Origin: Hormiphora californensis
Lineage: Eukaryota; Animalia; Ctenophora
Reading direction: 5' to 3'
DNA: 64,000 nucleotides
Assembly (NCBI GenBank): GCA_020137815.1
Contig: CM035359.1
Location: forward strand, 3,906,001 to 3,970,000
Part shown: piece by piece, positions 1-15,400 of the stretch
How the letters are laid out: each line of letters starts with the position of its first letter
Numbering within the stretch: position 1 is the first letter of the stretch
Position numbers and translations under genes: made by a program
The notes under the pieces: model-generated
Told to the model about the DNA's origin: nothing
Database searches by the model: none
What the model saw: only the letters and a program-made list of their open reading frames with translations

Positions 1-6
1 TAACGG

Positions 7-8
<2 letters not shown>

Positions 9-96
<88 letters not shown>
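9..96 (+). repeat. (AG)n microsatellite, one of many (also near 2641-2745, 6094-6250, 10179-10232, 18670-18747, 38636-38825, 55184-55320, 56580-56887)
   Basis: Direct dinucleotide repeat visible in the sequence; it produces the spurious ER/LS-rich ORFs in the track. Confidence 0.98.
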
Positions 97-99
<3 letters not shown>

Positions 100-1113
100 A
101 TAGAGAATAGCTTGGCAGGTAGGTGTGAAGCGGATATCAAAGCTTTTAAGCGCTAGGTTAAGAACGGATTAATTGATTGATGAATCATCTTTACATCGAT
201 TCTCTCTCCGATTTTCTTTCTCTCACTCATTTTCCCTCACTCTTTCTCCCATTCAGTTTTCAGACATGTTTCTCTTTCTGCTGACACATGCATTTGTCGG
301 GGGATGGTTGGTTCGATTTTGGATCGCTGTTGTTTCACCCTTTCAATCTCAGACACGTGAGAACAAGAGAGAGAGGGAGATCTCGCCCCACCCCTGCTGG
401 GTCATCTTTTTCCCGCCAGACTGTTCGTTCCATCTTTCTCTCCCTCTCTATCTTTCTCTCGTCTCTCTGATAGACACAGACGGAACATCGATCACTATGC
501 ACCATCTGTTTATTTATCTAGTGGGGAGTCAGAAAAATGGGAGGGAGAGAGAGAGAGGGAGAGAGAGAGAGAAATATGAGAGGGACGCGTCCACCACTTC
601 CGGCCTTTTATTGAAAGGGACGAGAGATGAAGGGGATTATTTATCTTCTACATCTTTGGGGGTCCAGACCTTATCAATCTCCTTACTTGTTGATTTGCTT
701 CAATGATCTCTCTGGCTCTAAACTTAGTTAATTATGGCCATGTTTTGTCATACTAAACACAATTTTTTAACCTCATCCAAGACTTGGTTCCTGTCCCATA
801 TATTTGCTCCTGCTAAACAAATAAAAGTGCATCGGAGTGAGAAGAAATGGGAAATCTTGCATATATTACTCAAGCTTCTCTCTGATTGGCTAATTCATCA
901 ATGTCACGTGACAAATGCTAAGGCCTTCGTTTGTTTGTGTCAGAAATATTTTCTACCTCAAATCTTCACATCTTTGGTTGACTAACAATATTTTGTTAAT
1001 ATCTTAGCAATATAAGCAACTATTTTACTTGCCCAAACTCTCCAACAACATGTATAGTGCAACTGCTTTTTAATGGTAACTCCCTACTTAACTTCAACCA
1101 CCCCATAGCTACC

Positions 1114-2667
1114 ATGGAAGTAATGTCAATGCCAACGGAAAGTGACAAACAGACCTCCCTGGACCAAAGTGACGATGTTAACAACTCTATCGGCTGCCAA
1201 ACAGCTCTATCCTACGCTCGACAGGACACGCTCGTACCACTTACATCACTCCTGCAGCTGGTGAACAATTCTATTCTCACTGTTATGGAGAATATAGGTA
1301 AGCATGAACTGACTTTGATTCTACCTAACTTGCAATCTACACTATTCTTATCAATTTAGTATCATCATGATATCGTTGTTTTATCATTAGTATCATATTA
1401 TATCGTTTTTTATATCTTGTTAATACACTATCTCTCTCCTTCAGAAAAAGTTCTACTGGTAAACCCTGCCGATGAGAATTTGTTTAGTATTGAGAACATG
1501 AACAACTTTTGGACGGCCGCTATTTCTGCTGCATCTTCCCCTAACTCGGTAATTATTTATCAATTACATAATTAATAATTCATTAATCATTGTGCAACAA
1601 ATATTTAGTGAACTAATTTATCCCACTTTGGGTTGTTTATTATGCTACTCAAATGTTCACCCTTTCTTACCCCTCCTCCTCCAGCAGGGAACCCAGATAA
1701 CAGCATCAGTGGCACCAACCCAACCCCAGCAACTCCGGGTACCCTCACCGGACCGGCCCGTGGATGTAACCAACACCGATAAATTGGAGATCCATATCGA
1801 GGAGCCCCCAGAGAAGAAGTGCTGTGTGGGACATGGACCTACCACCACCACAACCAGTATGACGGACCAGGCCCTTCTTGCTCAAGGTGTCAGGACTCAG
1901 GCCATCCTAGCTCAACAGGTAGGAAATATGGGATGTTTCGAGTCTTTCTTAGTTGTGTGGCTCACACCGTCATTTTATTTCGGTAGATCACTTTCTCAGC
2001 TCTTTTTCTATCAATTCAGCCAATTTTTGTCAGCCCTTTTTCTATCAATTCAGCCAGTTTTTGTCAGTGCCATCCACGGTCCAGTAGGGATTACACACCA
2101 CATTGTTTGCACGTGTGTTTCTTGGCGGTGTAACCTTTTGAACTCTGATTAAAACTCCACTTCCGGTGTCAAAACACACCCTCACCGCCCTCTCTCTCAC
2201 CCATCCCATCTCGCTCCCAACTTTCACACCACACTACCTTTCACATACACACAACTATCAATTACTGTGAACTCTCTCTCTCTCCTAGCAACACATTTCT
2301 AATCAGTAATGTTGTGTTGTGTACAATAATCAGTAATCACGATGCCAATGTATCGATACTGTGACCCTGATATATATCATAATCCTCCTCCCCCGTCCAC
2401 GACTATTAACTAACCCATCACCTCCTCTCCAGGCCCACGAAACAGCTCCAGTTGATCTTGATTGTCTACCCCACGACGGTAGCGCCCAACTGTCCCCCAC
2501 TGTCAGCGTGGCGGGCTCTCTCACCAAGTACATATGTCCTTATTGTTACAAGGTCTTTAACTGGAAAACTAACATGAACAGACATATCTCCGTTACTCAT
2601 CTGATGAAACCGAAGCCTACTGTCAAGGTGAGAGCAGGGTGAGAGAGAGAGAGAGAGAGAGAGAAGA

Positions 2668-2749
<82 letters not shown>

Positions 2750-5700
2750 ATTGGGTTCAGTTTCCAAGCCGGATATCATCTTGTTGCGAGAGAGAGGGGC
2801 AATTGTTCACAATCAAAACAGGAAATGAGCTCTTTAGGAGATTCCAATTATATGGTTTCCCATATCAACCAATCAATCAAGCACGAAACCCCGTCATCAT
2901 CATGAAACCATATATTGTATCAACTTCCCAATCAACCTTCTCTCTCTCCCTCTCTTTCAAACTATCCTAGTTGGTATGAGAAAAACGGGAAAATTGAGAC
3001 GAGATAATATCATCCTTGTGTTTCTACATCTTACTAACTAACCCACAGTCCCCCATCCAGCAAACGGTTCAAGTACCCATCATGAGGAAAAGCAAGCCGT
3101 ACACGTGCCCAATTTGTGGAAACACTTTCGCGTGGAGGAGTAACATGAACAGACACATTCTTCACCTCCACAAGATTGACCACAAACAACTCAACAAACT
3201 TCTTCTTTCCGGTGAGTTTCAAACGAATCACTGCGCTGGCAAGCACAAAGGTGACCATCCCCTCCCCCCAGCCGCGCGTGCCAGAATGCAGTAATAACTT
3301 TTTTCAGTTTTTAGCCAAAAATGGCATTTTGCGACGCCCATAGCGAGGCCCCCACTGCACCAATCAGTCTGAAATTTGGTATACAGTGTCACATAGTCTA
3401 GATCTACTTTAGTTTAAAAGGGCAAGTCTCTATCTCTTTTAGTTTTAGAGATATGGCATCGTGAAAAAAGCAATAAGTGTCCCGGGTCTATGTATCTATG
3501 TATCTATCTATCTATGGATAGACGCTATTTTACCAAATTTATAATCGTTTTTGAGAGAAAACGATATAAGATAGACACTTCTCGTTTGTTGCATTCGAAA
3601 GATAATCGTTTATATTGTGTAGACGAATAGTTGTCATGTTCTAGGTCCAATCAGAACGTCTTGACAAACTGTCATAAAGATAAGACATTTTTCAAACCAA
3701 CCAAATTTCTTTGAGCTCAATTTACACCCTGAAGACGGTTTTTGATTGAAAAACGGAGACCACACTTATGAAAGATAATCGTCTAAACTTTCAGAAACTA
3801 TATAGCGAATTTGTGAAACTTTATTTCTAAGGGTCTCAAATCGCGTCTGAAGTGTTAAGACTGTATGAAAATAGATATGACGATGGTGCGTTTTTCGCCA
3901 TAGCAACCTCAAATCTTGTCCAATCGATCTCAAACTTGGTAAGCCTCTTTATATAGATGTGCCTGATAACAATACTTCCTTATCATGACGTTATAACGTC
4001 GTGACGTCACGCTATGACGTCAGAATGACGTCAAAATTGAAAGTTTCTTATTTTAGCGATTCCTGACGGTCTATACACGTTCTGCTACGTCCAGACATGT
4101 CTTACATTGTATTTCACATCAGAAAATACCAAAAATATACCCAATTATGCCAAAAACTAACAGAAATTAGTTGGCTGGAAAGGTGACCACTTTTGTTGTC
4201 AAACTGACACCTTTGCCCGGCCCGGGTTACGGATATCATCGATGGGGTAAATCAGGGGGTAAATCAGGTAGTTTGAGAAGAGAGAAGGAGAGAGATAGGA
4301 AGAAAGAGAGATAGAGAGAGAGAAAAAGAGAGATAGAGAGATAGAAATCAGAGAGGGAAAGATTATGATGAAACCCGGAGAGGGCAAAGGTGTCAGTTTG
4401 ACAACAAAAGTGGTCACCTTTCCAGCCAACTAATTTCTGTTAGTTTTTGGCATAATATATTAATAGATTAATAGATCTTAGAGTTGGGGACTGCAATTAT
4501 TACGAAATGAGACAGCTGAATTGTCCCATTTTGTATTCAAACATTGAACAGCTCTCCCTATTTCGGGCATTATGTTCCCATCTTACTATAGTCTTGGATC
4601 CCTACCTCCAAATGTATTCATTACACCTCATATTCTGATCTATTCTCCTTATTCTCAGCCTACCTCCCAGATCTGAGAGGAAACCAGCCCGGTGCGGGTG
4701 GAGACCAAGGGACCGGGAACCAGGGAGGGATCACCGTGAATCCCAGTTGGAAACCCTGAGACAGTCGCTGCTGCGGTTGAGAACTTTAGCAGTCTTGGAT
4801 CTCTCACCATGCTTCCACAGGTATGTAGACAAGCCGAGATAGAGAGAGATAGAGAGACTAGAAAACGAGACACAGAAATTGTTCACGTCCGCTCGAAAAC
4901 ATCCTCCCGCTCTGTTTAGTTTTTTCAACACCCACCCCCTCTCACTACATTGAGAACAAATCATCCCATAGGCAATTAGAGTGGGCGGACTGGTGCCCGT
5001 AGTATAGTAGCACTCTCTGACAGAAATAGAAAGATGGAGCTAAGAGAAAGATAGATAGAGATAGAAAGGAAGAGAGATTTAAAGATGGATAGATAGAGAG
5101 ATAGAAAACGAGAATGCTAGAGATGACTAGACTGACTTGAGAGCGTTTCTAAACCTGTTGTGTGTTGACATGATCATGTGATCTGTCACGTGACATGAGT
5201 GTCACGTGACATATCTTGCGAGAGGGCTAATTGCGACTCACCACCCAATTACTATAAACATCATCTCTTGTCAGATAGGAGGGCATCTTTCTATCCCTCT
5301 CTCTCTCCCTGTCAGAGGCATCTTTCATCCCTGTATATATTATCCCTGCCAGTTCACCTACTGACAATATATTTTAGCGTCACTCTCTATCTCTCTCTTT
5401 CTATCTCTTTCTATCTCTCCCTCTCTCTCCAAACTATTTCAAGCTCCATTCTGTTTCAAGCTCCATTCAGATCCTATCTCGGTTTATTTTTATCCCACTT
5501 ATCACCACCTGCCATCCACCACGCCCCACAGCACATGTGTAACACACACTGCACTGCACTGTACTACTTGAAATATCCACATAATACACACATCCAATTA
5601 TCCAATTAATAACTAAAAAATCCTCAGAATAACAGTTTCAAGACGGTAGCTGCCAGTCCTCCACCCTCCTCTACCACCGCAGCCTCAGTTCAGGGGCCCA

Positions 5701-6091
5701 CAGTAACAGCAGTACCCAGCAGCACCTTCTCGCCCCACTCCCCTGATCACATTAGTTACCTGTTCCGCAACCACAAGGCTCTACTGGACAGTGTCAAGAA
5801 AGAGCAGGTGAGAGATGAAGCTTTAAATCAATAATTATATTGATTCTTTTGGGGGGCTACGAAATAGAACGACGGGGCGAAATGATTCTAAGTAATATAT
5901 GGGATTTTCACTCGTAAATTTTCATTCTGACCTAACCCCGGACCCAGTATAGATGGGCCGGTACCACCCCTTATAATTGGGTATGAGAAAAGTTTCGTGC
6001 CAATCGCATTTTTATCTCGCAAAAAAGGGTGGAGATTTTGCAGCTAGTGATCATCGAGCCGCATATATTATTAAGATAGCAGATGACGAAT

Positions 6092-6175
<84 letters not shown>

Positions 6176-6203
6176 GAGAGATAGAAGAGAGAGAGAGTGA
6201 GAG

Positions 6204-6239
<36 letters not shown>

Positions 6240-6930
6240 CGAGAGAGAGAGATAGCGAAAAAGCGAAACTGAAGATTGAGAAGGGTGGGGTATAATTCTC
6301 AATTTATTTGTACCATCTTTCATCAACTCGGACCTCCATTCCAAGATATTCAAATATTTCCCGCATTTTACATGATCACGATGTCACGTGACCTCACATG
6401 TGGCCTCACATGGTTTTAAATACTCTCAAATATCTGTTTGAGTATTTTGTGATCTGAATTAGTGAATTATCCCCTCCCCCATTCCCACTCTTCTAACCCA
6501 CCCTCTCTCCCATCCCTCTAACCCTCCATTTCTCCCACCCCTCTAACCCTCCCTTTCTCCCCAGGTACCCATTCACGTGAAAGAAGCTGCACTCTCCTCC
6601 TTCTACCAAAGCAACAAAGCCCTATTTGACACCCCCACCTCCACCACCTCGACACCGTCCCGGGGAGAGCACCGTGAACACGGCATCAGTCCTGGCCTCC
6701 TGACACCACCCAAAGTAGTGGACACCACCACCACCAAATCATCGCCCCCCACCAGCACAAGCGCTAACATCAACAACCTAGCCGCGTTGTACCAAGCCCA
6801 GACTCTATACCAAAACCACAAGGCCATGCTTGATACGGTGTCTCTGCTGAGTAATCTCAATAGTATGGGTGGGATTCAGGGCACTGGGGAGTCTGTGGAG
6901 GGGATAAAGTTGGAACAAACGGACAAATGA
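1114..6930 (+). CDS. Multi-exon C2H2 zinc-finger transcription factor with two fingers and PxDLS-like motifs
   Basis: Exons approx. 1114-1296, 1445-1547, 1687-1918, 2433-2627, 3049-3211, 4658-4820, 5628-5807 and 6565-6930 with GT-AG ends. Fingers are YICPYCYKVFNWKTNMNRHISVTH and YTCPICGNTFAWRSNMNRHILHLH. Exon 4658-4820 needs one C removed from the CCC near 4742 to stay in frame. Confidence 0.75.
3297..4456. mobile_element. Non-autonomous repeat in a zinc-finger gene intron (possibly Helentron-associated), ending in a ~75-bp inverted repeat
   Basis: Internal (TATC/TATG)n microsatellite at about 3487-3520. Segment 4144-4218 (attatgccaaaaact...gacacctttgccc) is the reverse complement of 4382-4456. 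Confidence 0.45.
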
Positions 6931-7814
6931 AAATGTTTTCAGTTGACAGACAAAGATAGAGAGTTGAGAGTATCTGTTGAGGATATTTATATTGAGAGTT
7001 CTTATCTCAAGAGAGATGAAAGAGAGATAATTGCACAATCGAAATGACGAAAATATCATGATAAAACCAAATCATGAAGAGTTTTTGTAGGGTTTAGTAA
7101 GATATATTATATTGTTAACCATAAAGTATTTTATAGGTTTTTTATAATCCTCCTTTTGGATACAATTTGCATCCAGTCACCGATATGATGTAACCGCACA
7201 GGTAACCATACTAACCACAGGTAACTATGGTAACCAAAGGTAACCATGGTAACCGCACATGTTATATACCGTAGAGAACTACTAGAATATATACAACTGG
7301 TCCGGTTCAGGTGCTGTGACTGTTTCATTTATTTTTCTACCGCCTGAATGATTTTAACCTTTCTACTCCTATTATATATTCATGTTGTGAAACACTGATC
7401 AAAGCATTGTTATCCCCCGATTTAGTGTGTGTGTGATACATATTTGTTATTATTTGTTATGAGATCAAAGGGTTTTGGATTAAAGAATAATCGATAGAAA
7501 GTAGTTTAGAGATGACTTTTAGAGTAAGATATAGTGATAGAAAGAAAAACAGAATGGAAGGAGTGCTCTAGTTAATTAGACCAATACGTTAATTAGACCA
7601 ATTATAAACTGATTAGTGTACCTTTGATCCTAGAAGTATGTTTGTTTTTGCCTTTTGCTGTTTTTGATATCGTATTTATTGTGCCTAACGAAATTAACTT
7701 GTCGTAAATGTCTATTTTTTCATCTTTACCATTTTCTGGTTTTTGACAAAATCCTGATATTATCATCCACAGATCTGCATACATAGTCATTCGTCCGTCT
7801 CTTGGAAGTCGGAG

Positions 7815-8068
<254 letters not shown>

Positions 8069-8075
8069 GGCATAC

Positions 8076-10172
8076 CTCGTGAGAGCTAGATTTCACCAGG
8101 AGTTTTCCAGAACTATCCAGGGCGGCATAACGGTTTCGAGCCACCCAGACAGCAACTACTCCCTTCATCCTTTTTCCTGAAATTAACAAACAATATCCAA
8201 TATAACCATTATATATATATCCCCGGTATATCTGATGAAGTGACAAGAAAAGGAAAGTAATAACTCGTTACCCGCCCGTCTCACACTTAATGTACAACCC
8301 AAACACATAACCAATCCAGCCATACTCATTGCTATTCACAACCAAATCACATCCCCAACTTTAGCCCTTTTCTTACCATCCCCATCTCCAACTTTAGCCC
8401 CCTCTTTCTTACCATCTCCAACTGCAACATCACCCCTTTCTCGGGGAAGAGAGTACACTTCATAGTAGGTTGTCCCACCGTTCTTGCCCGTGTGGATTGT
8501 GCTGACAATGATTGAGTTTTCAGCGGGGTTGTAACTCAGTGAGGAGGGCTGACACGCTGCATCACCTGAAAGAGAGGGGCATGTACAGTGGGACCCCGAT
8601 TTACCGCGATGCTCGGGGGAAAGAGTATGTCTCTCTGGAGGTCCCTGGTTCAATTCCCAGTCGAATCCAGTATTTTCTTCCCTATTTAATTCTTGCTCAT
8701 TATTCAGAAAGTGAAATGAGTTAGATCAAGTTGGACAAATGTTTCGATAACGAGAACGCCATCTCTTCAGCAACAGTCTGAGCACTGTTGATGTGAAGTG
8801 AACAAGTCGTATGTACCATGTTTTAGCTGAAGGATAGCCACATCCTTTCCACTCCCAAAGGTGTATTTTCGGAGGAATCGATCCTTGATAAAGTAGACAG
8901 AACTTTCATGGACGATGCTGGCGGGTCTCTCTCGCTCCAGTTTGAACACAACCATACCACTATCGTGACCTGGGGAGAAGGATGTATAAAGGGGGAGATA
9001 ATAAAGTAGAGGGAGATAGAGAGAAAAGAAGATAGACAGAGAGGAAATTCACCTGCAGCAAAAAGATTTAGGGTAGGGTGAGCGGTAATACACCAATATC
9101 TGTCCTCTCCTCGGAATGTGTTCAGGCAGTTTCTCTTGTTCAAATCCCACAGCCTAGAAGAATATGACAATTGTTTAATTGTCCTAGATTTATATAATGT
9201 TAACTATGGTAACCATGGTAACTTCCCAGCATGGTATCCATGGTAACAACTCACCGAATACTCTTATCCTCACTGTTACTGATGATCACATCAGTTCGTG
9301 GGTGGAACATCACATTGGAAACATTGTTAAAGTGACCCCGGCACGTATCAACCTCCCAGGCCCTCGCCTCACTGTACCTCCACAGTTTCACCTGCCTATC
9401 ATCAGCACCTGAATTATTGATCAATTATTAATTAATTATTAAAACATGCTGGGTTGTTGGTAACGGTATAAAACAGGGAGACATTAGCCTCAGGAATGAT
9501 AGTATCACCGTGATTCGTGAAATGGTTTTACAGCCAACCAAATAATCAGTTTATTAGTTAGTGATCTAGTTAATTAATTACCGCTGATAATTAGTGGTTG
9601 AGTTGGATGGAACTGCACCCAGTTGACACCACGGTCATGTCCCTCCAGCACATGTTTCACAATGGCATCGCTCTGACCAAACAGGTCAATCTGTCCGGGT
9701 GTCTGAGTCCTGAAGGCATCAACTGCAGGGAGAGGGGGGATATATTCTATATCGGGTTAAACATTGGTTATACTATATATCAAGGTATACAATGGTTCAA
9801 TTCAAACCGGTAAAATTAATCTAATAATCCCAAAACTCACCAGTACCGGGCTGTGCTCGTTTCCTTCTCAGACCACCTATATCCCAAACCCGGACAGTCT
9901 GGTCCAAACTAGCTGACACAACGAGATCCTGAGTTGGGTGAAACTGTGCACACATAACATAATGATTGTGACCGGTCAACACGCTGATGCATGATCGGCT
10001 CTGCCAGTTCCAAATACGAATAGTTTGGTCGTCCGAACAGGAGATAATCCAAGGGTGCTCCTCGTGGAAGAAAGTAGTTCGGATGTAGTCAAGGTGACCT
10101 AGCAGGGTGAAGAGGCACTTCTTCTGTTTGTAGTTCCACACCTAGTGAAGGAGAGGGAGAGAGAGGGATGGG

Positions 10173-10236
<64 letters not shown>

Positions 10237-10607
10237 AGATATCCACGAATTGAAAGTTACCTTGATCTTGTAATCATCACCACCGGACACAAAGAGTGGT
10301 TGAGTTTTGTGGAAATCCACACCTCGAACAGGTCCATCGTGTTCGTCATACTTGTCCAAGAGGGTCCTCATCCGGTAGTCCCACAGTTGGATCACGCCCG
10401 AGTGAAGCGAGGAAAGGACCCATGGCCGCGATGTGTGAAAGGAGATCCCTAAAAGTGGTTGTTATTATAGACCAGGGCCAGGGGGGGGCAAGGTTGAAGG
10501 GTTTCTTTTGAGTGTTTGTTATATCATTTCAAAAACAAGGATCACATCATATTTTATAACTCCTTACCTTTCACACGGGCAGATTTAGTTTGGAACTTGT
10601 CTAACAT
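8076..10607 (-). CDS. COPA: Coatomer subunit alpha, N-terminal WD40 portion only (about 9 exons; the rest is not in the window)
   Basis: Exon 1 (10607-10568) reads [13 protein letters not shown]. Later exons read [80 protein letters not shown] and [13 protein letters not shown], all characteristic of alpha-COP. Confidence 0.95.
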
Positions 10608-11251
10608 GTAACCGATTTACCCTGCACCTAGCAAGGAGATTTCGTGACGTTATTTAATCAACACTCAAATTACGAAACTAATAACTCTTTTACAGGGTTA
10701 AAAAAGTATTTCTAAAAGAAAATCAATCAATTTCTAAAAGAAAATCAATCAATCAATCAATCAAAATGTACATTTAACATCCCGCTTTTTGACTAATAAT
10801 AGTAAGAGTGATAAACGTCATACAAAGTTACTAGATGAGCGCCAGAGCACTCCTACCAGCCTTCTAAAGCGGTGAACCCAAAGTGGAAAAGAAAGATGAT
10901 ATGAGTGAAAACGTTAAACGACCATCAATTCTGAGTCGGTATTCACTTTCAAAGGCCTTCTGGAGAGTGATCAAAGAAATAATTTCAGTTTAAGCATGTA
11001 GTTAGCTGTTAGCAGGTACGCAGGTCGTGGCAGGGCAGTGGGCACCGCCATCCGCCCCTATTGCACCCCTGCCGTAAACCGTGCACAACCATTTTTTTTC
11101 AATGTGGCACTATTTTAGCGAATCTTGAGCCAAGCATGGGATCACATAATATGGCTATCAGACTTCAGAGACGGTGCAGACTTGAGAACGACGACGGCTT
11201 GCAATTTCAAACAGTAACAACAAAACGAGAAAAGGCGTTTGGCATACGTTG

Positions 11252-12100
11252 CAGGCCCCTTATAATATAATATAAGGGGCCTGGAGGGAATACCGCGCTA
11301 GGGGGGAATACATAATCAATCATATCTCCGGTTCCAGATAAGGTACAGAAATCGTTTTGGTAGCGTTGGAAAGAGGAAGATAACAGCTTTCAAATGCAAC
11401 CGGTTTCAGGTCTCTATCTTATCAGGAACAGGAGATATGAACCAAACTCCGCAAAATCGAGTGCGGTAAAATCAAAATTTGAATGAAATTTTAAAAAAGG
11501 TGTCCCTGCAAGAATCTGTGACGTCACTTTTTGAAAACAACCCATCTTTCAACGGCTATTGCTCAGCCTCCTTAAGTCCAATTAACTTCTTTCAAAAACA
11601 GTAAGGTAGATAATCGTCAGATCTAACAACTGGTGAAAGAATCAAGTCAAACGGACTTCAGGAGCCAAAGTTATAAGCACCGCCGTTTTTTCGACCGCAA
11701 AGTTATCTTCGACCCAGCCGGGATCAGGCCAAACGCGCGCGCGGCATTCCCTCCAGTCCCCTCGTTGCGGGGGTGCGCGCATGAGGGGGCTGCAGCGCAT
11801 TCCAAAAAAGGCGTCAGAAGGTTTTCGAAAACGTGAACGAAGTGAATTTTCAGTGATCAACTCCGAAAACTTCGAGGCCAAATCGCGCGCGGAATGGAAC
11901 GCGCGAGATTTTCTTGACACAAATGGTGAAAGCGCTGCTTTCTGAGCCGCGCTCTTATCTGTGAATTTCAAGTTTTAAGTTCATGCCCAAATTTAAAATT
12001 TTTCTGAAGCAAAAAATTAAAAAAATTAAATTACTTTTCCCTCCCTTTTCCCTAATCCCTCTTCACAACTCTTCAAGCCTCTTCTTTTGGCATGCACTGC
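11252..12100. mobile_element. Probable non-autonomous TE starting with a hairpin (caggccccttata-atataa-tataaggggcctg)
   Basis: A 13-bp perfect stem at 11252-11283 is followed by non-coding, TE-like sequence. The right boundary is approximate. Confidence 0.3.
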
Positions 12101-12478
12101 AGACCGCTAAAGTATAACCCAAACTATTTTTAAAGTATAACCCAAACTATTTTTTAGCAAAAGTCGAAAAATGACTAATAAGAACTTCACTCGGGTTTTG
12201 TGTAATTTCCCACTGTCATAGCTCCATTCCCTCATCCCTGATAAGAGACTTGAAGTTTGATATGTAGGAAGATCATGTCGAGTTCTACCTACAAAACAAA
12301 TTTCAAGTGACGGAGCTATGTCAGTGGGAAATTCCACAAAACCAAAGTGATGGTGATTAACTTTAGAATACACGGTTTTGATAGTTACTCGTGAGGGGAG
12401 CTACAGCGTTGGCCAAGCCTCTTCGAGAGGTTATTCTCTTACAAATTTGTGTAAGTGTAACCAAAGCTTCGCTTTAGG

Positions 12479-15400
12479 TAATGCCAGGGAAACTCTATGA
12501 TGTGATTTACTGTGGTAGTGATGTCATATCACGGTATCTCGTGGATTCTGCAATCCACTGGACAGCACGCCTTCTCCAACTTACAGGAACTCACAAGTTA
12601 GTTTTGATTGTTTTGTTCAAACCCTTTTGGGTCGATCAAGTTAGCTTTTCAGAGCTACTGGTAGGAAGGTCGTGGGCTCCCTACACTTAGGTAACCAATA
12701 ACTAACTCAGCCCTGCCAAGTTATCGGTTGATGTTGGACAGCGAGAGCTGATCCCACACACTTGCTCACAGTACTTTTCATATTTCAGGAATATCAACTT
12801 GGTGGTTCACCAGAGTTCAATAAATCTGCTAAGTGATGTGGGAGTCATAGTTGGTAAGTAATAATCTAACAATAGGGCACACGTTGTGTAACAGGTAGCG
12901 AGCTACCAAGATCATTTATTATTTAGACAAATAAAACTATTAACTGTATAAAACTCATTAACTGTATAAAACTGTATAAAACTATTTGTAAAATTTTGGT
13001 GTCGCACCAAAAATACATTCGGTAAACTATTCAAATCTTTCTCCTGATTTAGCTCTGTTTTCCCACTCGGTCGGCTTTACCAACACGCTCACCACTATGC
13101 TTACTATCGACACACCAGCAAACCCCACAATTGTGTAGTAGAACCTTGTCCATCCGACCCTCTTGTCCTCAGTTCCAGTTAGTGCTGCCATCAGGCCAGG
13201 TCCTATAAACCCCTGCAACCTGACCGAGACCGTTACAGACTGAGTAGATGAAGGCTGAATTTACCGGATCCATCTCCACGTTGGCTGTCATTAAAGATCC
13301 GCTAAAGAGTGTGGCTGATGCGAGGGCACTCAGTATGATCAGAGAACAAGCACTTTGAAAGTTGTCTATCTTGGGAAAAATCAGGAAGATCACAATCTGA
13401 ACAATCATGGGTATTATCATGAAACTGAGTCTGCAGGTCAGCCAAGAGATGTGATTGTCCAGCCTTTGGAATATCCAGGAGTATAGAATGGTAAAAACAG
13501 TTAGAACGAAGGAGACTGAGGTTCCGAGATAGGATATGGGGACAGCGTCCACATTCAGCACCTGCTTCATAAAGAATGGTGTGACGCTAAAGGCACTGTA
13601 GTACACCGTGAAGTATGTCACCATGTAGATGACAAAGGACCAAACATAGACCCTCCTCAGAACACGTCGAATCCGGAATTTTTCTTCTTTCTCGTCTGTA
13701 CCTAAGCGCTCTTCTTTACCCAACTGCTCCTCTTTGATTCCAATTTCTTTGTTTTCAACTTTAACACTTACTTTCGCTTCCTTTGTGGCGCTCACAGATT
13801 CTTCTACTTCACAAGCAATGTTTTGAATGCACAATGAAGGGCCGTTATCAACACTCTTTGTCGTGAACGCTTTTGCAAAGATAGACCCCCCAGGATATTT
13901 GGAGACAAACAGAATGTTCATGACAAAGCCAACGCTCAGGAGAAACCCCCCAAAGTAAAAATACCATTTCCAATTTAGGACATTAGTAAAGAAAGATGCT
14001 ATAAGTCCACCTGTACCGTTTCCAAAGTGAATAGACATGCCTACGCATGACAAAAAGTATTTCCTCTCCTTGACAGTCAACCAGTTGTTGAGGAATTCGA
14101 TGTTGTAGGGAGCCATAAGACCCGCAAACAAGCCACGGATAGCCTGGACTACTATCAATGTGGTAACCGCCTTCTCAGCCAGTATGGGGTACAGGAACTG
14201 AACAACTATCGCCAGGACTATGTATACTCTGTAACTTGGCAGGAAAATGTCGTACTTTTTAACGAATGACACGACAAGTGCCTGGGCACAGAAACCGTAG
14301 AAATAAGAACCAAGAACGAATGCTTTCGTTTCTTCACTCCAACACAGCTCCTCGCCAACAGTGCAGTTCTCTCTCAGCATCCCTCCTATCATTACGATAG
14401 GGATCCCAAACCTGAAACAAGAGCTGCACGTCAGTATATCCAACAGACAGTGGTGCTCCGTCATATTGACCACAGCGTTGTTCACAGCATGGTTCACAGC
14501 GTCCAAAATGTGCAAAAAGTTAGTTTTGGACGCTGCAGGAACGACGCATGGGGGAAGGGGGGGTGTGCGTGTGGACAATATGACGGATTACCACTGAGAT
14601 TGTCATTCTTCAAGTTCTTCATGAACTGGGATCACTCTATTACCTTGCAGATAGCTCAGAGTAACATACAAAGACCACCGTGAAACCTCCAAGAATCTTA
14701 CTAACAACATCCAATTTCATCTCTAACGGGCTGAGGGAATTTATCCGAGAGGCAGGGTTGCAAAAGCAGTGAAGTGGCAAAATTCGAAACAAGGGGGGGG
14801 GGGTCCAGCCCTAAAAAAAGCTAAAGGTACCCTGATTTTGGTCGATAGCGTTTTTTATTTTAGCTTTTTTTAGCTTTTTTTAGCTTTTTTTAGCCCTACT
14901 TTTTATGTTTTTTCAGCATTCATCTTGACACTTTTCCATTAAATTTTCATCCTTCCGGACGTCTATTGACTGCATTTGTTCATTTCCTGCACATTTTTTA
15001 CCATAATCTACCGTTTATGTCCATACATAGCAATTTATGTATGAGACATTTTTTCGATAAAAATATTATTCAAATTTGATAAAAATAGTTTTAAAAAAGT
15101 TCAAAAAACGTTATAAAACGTTATAATAAAAGTTTAAAAATTTGGCGTCAGCGGGATTCGAACCTATATGAATCCACTAAAAACTCAATTTTAGCTTTTT
15201 TTTAGCTTTTTTTAGCCTTAAAAAAGCTAAAAAAAGCTAAATAAAGCTAAAAAAAGCTAAAAAAGGCTAAAAAAAGCTAAAAAAAGCTAAAAAAAGCTAA
15301 AGGTACCCTGATTTTGGCCGTTAGCTTAGCTTTTTTAGGGCTGGACCCCCCCCCCAAACAATTAACAGGGAATGGTTGTGAAAGCACAATAAGTCTACAA

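Noticed and set aside
13200-13220. Programmed frameshift or pseudogenisation of the MFS gene (similar case near 4742 in the zinc-finger gene)
   Set aside because: Both are single extra bases in short homopolymers in an assembly with evident homopolymer errors, so sequencing error is the simpler explanation.
15143-15165. tRNA-like B-box fragment (gcgggattcgaacct)
   Set aside because: No complete cloverleaf; it is a short motif inside a MITE.
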